33,835 nucleotides of DNA, taken from the NCBI GenBank assembly GCA_039190745.1, contig JBCCXZ010000042.1, positions 1-33,835 of the forward strand, read 5' to 3'. The position numbers and the translations under genes are program-made. Every line of letters starts with the position of its first letter. The first letter of the stretch is position 1. The notes beneath the pieces are model-generated. The model was not told where the DNA came from, did no database searches, and saw only the letters and a list, made by a program, of their open reading frames with translations. This document shows positions 26,289 through 33,835 of this stretch, in pieces. The DNA is from Planctomycetota bacterium (GTDB lineage: Bacteria > Planctomycetota > Planctomycetia > Pirellulales > Lacipirellulaceae).

Positions 26289-27504
26289 AACGGGCGGCCC
26301 TCCGTTTGATATTCGCCTGCACCACAAAGTAATCCAGCACCGGAGCCATTACGTTTCCGAACAAGATCGCCAACATGATGCCCTCCGGGTAGGCCGGGTT
26401 GATCACGCGGATCAGGATCGTCAGCACCCCGATCAGGGCGCCGTACCACCACTGGGCCGCCTGCGTCGTCGCCGCCGACACCGGGTCGGTTGCCATAAAG
26501 ACCGCCCCGAACGCCAGGCTGCCGATCACCAGGTGCCACCACGGCGGCAGGTACATCAGCGGGTTGTCCGACGCCCCGCCCAGCAGCGTGTAGAAGTAGA
26601 ACACGCTCGCCATGCCTATCGCGCCGAGGATCGTGCTCGCCATGATCCGCCACGAGCCCACGCCCGCCGCGATCAACACGCCCGCCCCCAGCAGGCACGC
26701 CAGCGTCGAAGTCTCGCCCATCGACCCCTGCGTCCAGCCGATGAAACAATCGGTCCATTCGTAGCCCGTCAGCCCCGGCACCTGCTGGCCAACGCCCGCG
26801 TCGGCCATCGCCCCCAACGGCGTCGCCGAGCTGAATCCGTCGACCGCCGTCCAGATATTGCTCCCCACCATCTCAGGCGAGTGCGCGAAGTACAGGTAGG
26901 CCCGAGCCGTGAGCGCCGGGTTCAAAAAGTTCCGGCCCGTCCCGCCGAAGATCTCCTTGCCGACCAGCACGCCGAACGCGATCCCCGTCGCCACCTGCCA
27001 CAACGGGATGTTCGGCGGCAACGTCAGCGGGAACAAAGCGCTCGTCACGAGGAAGCCCTCGTTCACCTCGTGCCCGCGGACCGTCGCGAAGACGACTTCG
27101 ATCAAGCCGCCCACCACGATCGTCGTGGCGTAGATCGGCAGAAAAAACAGGGCGCCGTAGACCAGGCAGTCGATCAGGTTGTCTGGGTCGTGCCCCAGGC
27201 CCATCTGCTCCATCGTCGCAGCCCGCCACCCCTCGACCGCCGTCCCCGTGCCCTCGTCGATCGCCAGGTTGGCTTGGTACCCGGTGTTCCACATCGCCAT
27301 GAAAAAGCAAGGCCCCAGGGCCACCACCACCAGCGACATCATCCGCTTTAGGTCGATCCCGTCCCGCACGTGCGTCGGGCCCTTCGTCACGTCGCCTGGC
27401 GTGTACAGGAACGTGTCCGCGGCCTCGTACAGCGGGTAGAGCTTATTCAGCTTTCCGTTCGGCCCGAAGGTCGGTTCGATCGCGTCTAGCAGCTTTCTCA
27501 GCAC
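26278..27504 (-). CDS. nqrB: Na+-NQR subunit B
   Basis: [47 protein letters not shown] (FMN-Thr), [15 protein letters not shown]. Confidence 0.97.
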   Translation of the reverse strand: MLRKLLDAIEPTFGPNGKLNKLYPLYEAADTFLYTPGDVTKGPTHVRDGIDLKRMMSLVVVALGPCFFMAMWNTGYQANLAIDEGTGTAVEGWRAATMEQMGLGHDPDNLIDCLVYGALFFLPIYATTIVVGGLIEVVFATVRGHEVNEGFLVTSALFPLTLPPNIPLWQVATGIAFGVLVGKEIFGGTGRNFLNPALTARAYLYFAHSPEMVGSNIWTAVDGFSSATPLGAMADAGVGQQVPGLTGYEWTDCFIGWTQGSMGETSTLACLLGAGVLIAAGVGSWRIMASTILGAIGMASVFYFYTLLGGASDNPLMYLPPWWHLVIGSLAFGAVFMATDPVSAATTQAAQWWYGALIGVLTILIRVINPAYPEGIMLAILFGNVMAPVLDYFVVQANIKRRAARYAT

Positions 27505-27522
27505 TTCAGAAGATCTCCTAGA

Positions 27523-28887
27523 TCAGCCTTCCGCTTCGATATGGGTCAGGCTCTCTCGCAGCATCGGGCCAAACTGGTGCTTGCCGGGGTCGACGAAGCT
27601 GCACAGAGCCAGGTCCTCCTCGTCCAACTCCAGCACCCCCAACTGCTGCGCGTACTCGGTGTCGCCCGTGATCAGAGCCTTAATCAGCGGCGTCGCCACG
27701 ATGTCGAGCGGCATCACCTGTTCGTACATGCCGATCGGCACCACCGCCCGCGGGCTGCCCTGGTTGTTGGTGTCGAACCCAAAACGTTTCCCCTCGCCCG
27801 TCCAAGCAGAAGCGAAGATCCGCCGGACCGAAAACCGGTCCGAACCCGGCAGCATCCAACCGATGAAGTCGCGGTGGGTGCCCTCGAGCAATACCGACAC
27901 TTGGTTGTGATAACGCCCGAGGTAGCCCGTCGGCTCTATCGACATACGCCCCCCGAGTACCGACCCCGAGATCACGCGGGCCTGCTGGCCCTCATCAAGC
28001 TCGAGCTGTTCGAGCACGACCTCGTCCAGCGAGGCGCCCAGCGGCGCTCGAACTAAGCGTGGCGACTTCACAGGAGGCCCCGCCAGCGAGATCACCCGGT
28101 CGCCCTGCAACTCGCCCGTCAGGAACAAATGGCCGATCGCGATCACGTCTTGGTAGCCCACGTGCCAAACCGTCCGCGCGGGGCTCGCCGGCATCAATGT
28201 ATGGATATGCGTACCCACCAACCCGGCCGGGTGCGGGCCGTCGAATGCGTGAAACTCGACGCCAAGCCGGTCTTCGCCGGGCACCGTCGAACCCGTCCGG
28301 CGGCACACGTATGTCGGCCCCTCCGTCAGCGTCGTCAGCACCTCCACGCCGGCGATGAACTCGGCCTGCCGGTCTTCCATCACCACGCGTGGCGAGGCCG
28401 CAAGCGGGTGCGTGTCGACCGCCGTCACGAAAATCGCCGCCGGGAGCGTTTCGGGGTTAGGCACCTTGCTGAACGGACGCGTCCGCAACGCCGTCCACAG
28501 GCCGCTCCGGAGCAGGTGCTCCTTCACCGCGTCGCGATCGAGCTGCGTTAGGTTCGCGTCCGGGTACGCCTGGAACTGCTCCGCTTCTTCGCCGTCGATC
28601 TCGATCACGAGCGACTCGAACTTACGCTTCGCGCCGCGATTGACCGACTTCACAACGCCGCAAACGGGCGCCGTGTAATGCACCGCGGGGTTTTTCTTAT
28701 CGGTGAAGAGCGCTTGCCCGCGTTTGACCCGGTCACCCTCAGAGACCAGCATCGTCGGCTTCATCCCCGGGTAGTCGTCGCCAACAACGCCGACCGTCCG
28801 GACAATCGGGCTCCCGGTGATCTCCTGGACCGGCTCGCCGGTGATCGGCAAGTCGAGCCCCTTCTCGATGCGTGTGATATCAGTCAT
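27523..28887 (-). CDS. nqrA: Na+-NQR subunit A
   Basis: [56 protein letters not shown]. Confidence 0.97.
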   Translation of the reverse strand: MTDITRIEKGLDLPITGEPVQEITGSPIVRTVGVVGDDYPGMKPTMLVSEGDRVKRGQALFTDKKNPAVHYTAPVCGVVKSVNRGAKRKFESLVIEIDGEEAEQFQAYPDANLTQLDRDAVKEHLLRSGLWTALRTRPFSKVPNPETLPAAIFVTAVDTHPLAASPRVVMEDRQAEFIAGVEVLTTLTEGPTYVCRRTGSTVPGEDRLGVEFHAFDGPHPAGLVGTHIHTLMPASPARTVWHVGYQDVIAIGHLFLTGELQGDRVISLAGPPVKSPRLVRAPLGASLDEVVLEQLELDEGQQARVISGSVLGGRMSIEPTGYLGRYHNQVSVLLEGTHRDFIGWMLPGSDRFSVRRIFASAWTGEGKRFGFDTNNQGSPRAVVPIGMYEQVMPLDIVATPLIKALITGDTEYAQQLGVLELDEEDLALCSFVDPGKHQFGPMLRESLTHIEAEG

Positions 28888-29055
28888 CGGCGGCCCGCTC
28901 GAAGCGGGGTCGTGGCGGCACTACGTATGGGATACCCGGCGGAACTGGGACAGGCGGGACGTGTCCAGGCGGGCGTGCTCTCCTGCATGCAATCAGCCTG
29001 TTGAGAGGAACGCTCCGTCTACGAAGACACGCAAGGCAAAGGCAGGTTTCGCGAC

Positions 29056-29084
29056 ATTGTGAATTTTTTCACGAATGGCGTCAA
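29056..29084 (-). promoter_or_regulatory. Sigma70 promoter of the nqr operon overlapped by a Rex-like (or CRP-like) palindromic operator
   Basis: Minus strand TTGACG (29084-29079)-N17-CACAAT (29061-29056). The operator TTGTGAA-TTTT-TTCACGA at 29057-29074 has one mismatch to the Rex consensus TTGTGAA-N4-TTCACAA. Confidence 0.7.
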
Positions 29085-29579
29085 GCGCCAATAACCTAAG
29101 GCAATCAAAGACTTGGGACAAGCCGAGCATCGCGGCCCACAGCTACCGGGCACCATGAATTCGCCCAATAGCCGCCGGCCTACGGCCGGCCGGAACCCCG
29201 CCGAACGATCCCCGCATTTTTTCGTTGAAAATGGGCCAGCAACTCTGCTAGACAAAGGGGTCCGCCAAGCAATGCGATCCGGATTAGTAGAGGCTCAATC
29301 AACCTGAGGCCGTTACTAGCCGTCAACCTAAGCGTCGGCGGCAGCCCCGCTGAGCCACTATAGTCACCTAAAACGATGCACGAACGAACGCAAACTAGAA
29401 AAGTTAAGACCGCACATCGTGCCAGTGGGTGCTCGCTAGCCAGTGCGAACCCGTGTCCGACACTGACAAAACAACCGACTTTTGGCGTATCGCCGCGTGT
29501 TCCCGATTCCGTGCCCAAACGACAAAACGCCCACCAAGAAGCATCGCGATTTCACAGCATCGATTCGCTTTTCAGCCCG

Positions 29580-29609
29580 TTGACCCCCCGCCAAAGCCAG
29601 CGCTATACT
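29580..29609 (+). promoter_or_regulatory. Sigma70 promoter of sucCD
   Basis: TTGACC (29580-29585)-N18-TATACT (29604-29609), about 100 nt upstream of the sucC ATG. Confidence 0.65.
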
Positions 29610-29712
29610 CCGCTGCTCAGGCCCGCTGCAGCCTAAGCCAAACCCCGGCAGCGGCTTACGCGAAACTCCAGCACGCGAAACCCATCCACACGAAGCCGAT
29701 CGGTTCCGAAAG

Positions 29713-30900
<1,188 letters not shown>

Positions 30901-30959
30901 CCCCGATCGCACCGTTACCGCACACAAGCAAACGCAACCGCACACAAGCGAAGAAGTCC

Positions 30960-31838
30960 ATGGCCATCCTGATCGACAAGTCGACCAAGCTCATCTGCCA
31001 AGGGATCACCGGCAAAGCCGGAGAGTTCCACAGCAAGAACTGCATCGACTACGGAACCCAACTCGTCGCCGGCGTCACCCCCGGCAAGGCCGGCGAGGAG
31101 GTCCTCGGCGTCCCCGTCTACGACACGGTCGCCGAAGCGGTCGAGAAGCACGGCGCCGACGCCACGATGATCTTCGTGCCGCCGCCCTTCACCGCCGACG
31201 CGATCCTCGAAGCCGCCGACGCCGGCGTCAAAGTAATCGTCGCGATCACTGAGGGTGTCCCCGTGCTCGACATGGTCCGCGTCTACGACCGGATCAAAGA
31301 CATGGACGTGCACCTCATCGGCCCCAACTGCCCCGGCGTGATCACCGCCGACGAGTGCAAAATCGGCATCATGCCCGGCTACATCCACAAGAAGGGCTCC
31401 GTCGGAGTGATGAGCCGCAGCGGCACGCTGACTTACGAGGTCGTCTGGCAACTCTCGGAACTGGGCCTCGGCCAAACCACCTGCATCGGCCTCGGCGGAG
31501 ACCCCATCGTCGGCACCTCGTTTATCGACCTCTTGGCAATGTTCCAAGAGGACGACGAGACCGAATCGATCATGATGATCGGAGAGATCGGCGGCTCCGC
31601 CGAAGAAGAGGCCGCGGCGTTCGTTAAGGAGAACGTCACCAAGCCCGTCGCCGCGTTCATCGCGGGACGCACCGCACCACCCGGGAAACGGATGGGCCAC
31701 GCCGGCGCGATCATCTCCGGGGGCAAAGGAACCGCCGAAGAGAAGATCGCCGCCCTGGAAGCCGCCGGCATCGAGGTCGCACAAGGCCCCGCCGACATGG
31801 GTGCCGCGGTCAAGCGAGCGATCGCCAAAGCCGGCTAA
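30960..31838 (+). CDS. sucD: Succinyl-CoA synthetase alpha subunit
   Basis: Start re-called at ATG 30960. [38 protein letters not shown] (phospho-His). Confidence 0.98.
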   Translation: MAILIDKSTKLICQGITGKAGEFHSKNCIDYGTQLVAGVTPGKAGEEVLGVPVYDTVAEAVEKHGADATMIFVPPPFTADAILEAADAGVKVIVAITEGVPVLDMVRVYDRIKDMDVHLIGPNCPGVITADECKIGIMPGYIHKKGSVGVMSRSGTLTYEVVWQLSELGLGQTTCIGLGGDPIVGTSFIDLLAMFQEDDETESIMMIGEIGGSAEEEAAAFVKENVTKPVAAFIAGRTAPPGKRMGHAGAIISGGKGTAEEKIAALEAAGIEVAQGPADMGAAVKRAIAKAG

Positions 31839-33415
31839 TCGAAGAGCGAGTCGTCGAATTCTGTGTCGAGGTCTTCTCGGTGCCCGGAGTCGACGTCGTC
31901 GAACGTGCCTTTCGAGCCGAGCGGTTCGAGCAGGTCGCTGCCGAGTTCGAGCGGGCCAGCGGGCGCCGCTCCGGGAGCTCCGAGGATCGACGGGATAGCC
32001 GCTGCGTTTTCCTGTCCCTCAACGGCCGCCCCACGGTCTCGGCTCATCGCGAAGATCTGATCCAAGATCCGCATGAACGTGGCTTCGTCCTTCGGAACCC
32101 CACTCAACGCCGAGACCGACGTGAACACCCGCGGCAACCCGCCGCCTTGACGGTGATCGTAAAACACTTGGTGATTGTCTTCCAGCATCCGCGACACGCG
32201 GTCGCTCTCGAAGTGATCGATCAGGACGTCCATCCCGCAAAGCTCGACAGCCCGGTTCTGTGCCTGCCGCTTCGTCGGCGGCTTCTCACCTTCCATAAGA
32301 AAATCGTGGTATTCCGGGAACAAATCCGGGTTGCTCCGCCAAACCGCCAAAGCCAGCTTCGCGTAGTCGCACGCGTACTTCTTCGAAGGGGGCGGTGCTA
32401 TCGACACGTACCGGTTGCACCGCCGATTCAACGCACAAAGACGAACAACGATAACCAAATCGTCGGGGTAAACCTCTATCCCGGCATGAAGAAACTTGTG
32501 CATCTGCCGGCAGTGGTGACACGTGTAATCTACAAACTCAATGAACACTTCCGTTGCGGTCGGGTCGCCCAAAGTCGGATGGGCGTACACATCAACCGTG
32601 TCATTTAGCGTGGGGAGCCGAACGATTCTCGAACTCGCTTCTACTGCGCTTGCAGGTACGACCGACCGCTCGGCGCGATCCTCGTCAGGGACAGGAGCAG
32701 GATCTTCAAGATGATTGGCTGTGGCTTGGTCTTCGGCCGTCTGTGTCGGGGCCGGGGCTTCTGCGCCGTCATCATCTTCCCGAGACTCGGCGGCCGGCAG
32801 TTCTGCGATTTCCATACGGAACGAGTCCGGTTCCGCCGACAGCAGCTGGCCGGCTACCAACCCCGCAACGGCAGCTCCCGCCAGACCGAGCGAGGCCAGA
32901 AAACTCCGTGCGTTCATAACCGGCTCTGCGGTACTTTGTTCGACGCCGAAGACGTTGTCATTTGCTTCAGTGGACCGCATGGAATCGAGCAAGAGAACCA
33001 GTAGAAGGACCGCGGTGGTCACTCCGCAGGCATGCACGGCCATGCACCAAGGGCATACGCTACCGACTGCCAGGAGTTGGACGCCTACAAACCAAGCGGC
33101 TGATCCTGCTGCGGCCAAGCCCAGACCCATAGCCGCTACCCAAGCAAACGTGCGGCCTTGGCTAGGCTCGCTGGTTGGAAGGAAGAAGGTTAGCGCAAGT
33201 ATGGCTAGATAAGTCACGCCGCCGAACGCCGCGACTGGCAAGCCGAACCACTTCGACCAACGGCTAGCAAGAACCTCCCCGCAACCGGCCGTCTCTCCGC
33301 TGCATCCAACAACGGGGGTCGCTGTTAAGCTGGAAGCTGCGAGGTAGAGCGACACCCCGGCCGCCGCAAGCGCCAGCACACGCAGGGTCCAGAGGATACC
33401 AACACGCCGTGTCAT
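31835..33415 (-). CDS. Vitamin K epoxide reductase (VKOR) family protein fused to a DsbA-like thioredoxin domain
   Basis: GC..GC..VLASRWS loop, CPWC active site, five hydrophobic helices, acidic linker, then PTLG...DYTCHHC and cis-Pro-like GLP. Overlaps the sucD stop by 4 nt (convergent). Confidence 0.88.
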   Translation of the reverse strand: MTRRVGILWTLRVLALAAAGVSLYLAASSLTATPVVGCSGETAGCGEVLASRWSKWFGLPVAAFGGVTYLAILALTFFLPTSEPSQGRTFAWVAAMGLGLAAAGSAAWFVGVQLLAVGSVCPWCMAVHACGVTTAVLLLVLLLDSMRSTEANDNVFGVEQSTAEPVMNARSFLASLGLAGAAVAGLVAGQLLSAEPDSFRMEIAELPAAESREDDDGAEAPAPTQTAEDQATANHLEDPAPVPDEDRAERSVVPASAVEASSRIVRLPTLNDTVDVYAHPTLGDPTATEVFIEFVDYTCHHCRQMHKFLHAGIEVYPDDLVIVVRLCALNRRCNRYVSIAPPPSKKYACDYAKLALAVWRSNPDLFPEYHDFLMEGEKPPTKRQAQNRAVELCGMDVLIDHFESDRVSRMLEDNHQVFYDHRQGGGLPRVFTSVSALSGVPKDEATFMRILDQIFAMSRDRGAAVEGQENAAAIPSILGAPGAAPAGPLELGSDLLEPLGSKGTFDDVDSGHREDLDTEFDDSLFD

Positions 33416-33554
33416 TTCTGACGAGCCGCGGCCCGCCTCCCGATTGCGTTCCTATTTTCTCTAGCCTAGAAGACAAGAGCCCAAATTGTAACAACAGCAA
33501 GCAGAATGTGAGCCGGACAACCGGAACGAAGCTATTCGGAGCTGCGTATTCGCT

Positions 33555-33737
33555 ATGGATATTGAGGCTAGTTACGTTTGCGCAACCTGCGGCGAGGAAA
33601 TCGTTGTGCCGATCGACCTCACGGAAGGCGCCGAGCAGACTTACGTCGAGGACTGCCCGGTCTGCTGCAACCCGCAGGTCATCCGTGTTGAGTTGGGCGA
33701 AGACGGGCATCCGCGGGCCTGGAGCGAGAATGAATGA
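33555..33737 (+). CDS. CPXCG-motif cysteine-rich small protein
   Basis: CATCGE...IDLTEG.EQTYVEDCPVCCNP matches the Cys-rich CPXCG family pattern. Confidence 0.88.
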   Translation: MDIEASYVCATCGEEIVVPIDLTEGAEQTYVEDCPVCCNPQVIRVELGEDGHPRAWSENE

Positions 33738-33835
33738 TGCCCGCCGCCGCGTAGCATTCAGTTGTGCGAAACATCGCCGCTGTCGCTGTTCAAGTGTCGC
33801 CTGAGGTAACTCGCTCGCTCGATGTTGCGGTCGGA

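Noticed and set aside
26815..26845. NqrB flavinylation motif reads SSAT rather than SGAT
   Set aside because: The acceptor Thr is retained and this position varies in the NqrB/RnfD family, so it is not evidence of lost function.
29385..29425. c-di-GMP-I riboswitch-like GCAAAC...GAAA string
   Set aside because: The P1 pairing and GACGCAAA/P2 elements do not fit, and it lies upstream of the predicted sucC promoter.
33758..33835. Possible C-terminus of a minus-strand gene entering from the right edge (SDRNIERASYLRRHLNSDSGDVSHN*)
   Set aside because: Only 25 residues are visible and there is no motif, so it cannot be supported without flanking sequence.

Overview
High-GC window that looks like a Planctomycetota genome: two DUF1559 prepilin-like genes, a squalene-oxidase-repeat membrane protein and a dockerin-like/PEP-CTERM protein point to that phylum, though this is an inference. 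From left to right it holds: (i) an ~12.5 kb carbohydrate-utilisation locus with a partial AraC regulator (missing from the ORF track), a PhyH-type dioxygenase, a sialate/carbohydrate O-acetylesterase, a DUF1559 + lipoprotein pair, a large secreted GH9 and a four-gene sugar redox/isomerase operon; (ii) a molybdate/tungstate ABC transporter (modC-modA-modB) whose modA is interrupted by a single in-frame TAG; (iii) a second DUF1559 gene, a prenyltransferase/squalene-oxidase-repeat protein and a mosaic GH25 muramidase with a PEP-CTERM anchor; (iv) a complete Na+-NQR operon (nqrABCDEF, apbE, nqrM) with a low-GC membrane-protein gene inserted after nqrF, a periodic palindromic repeat between nqrE and nqrF, and a Rex/CRP-like operator overlapping its promoter; (v) sucCD, a VKOR-DsbA fusion and a CPXCG zinc-finger gene. 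I saw no rRNA, tRNA, CRISPR array or transposase. Family calls come from motif recognition only; no database searches were run.
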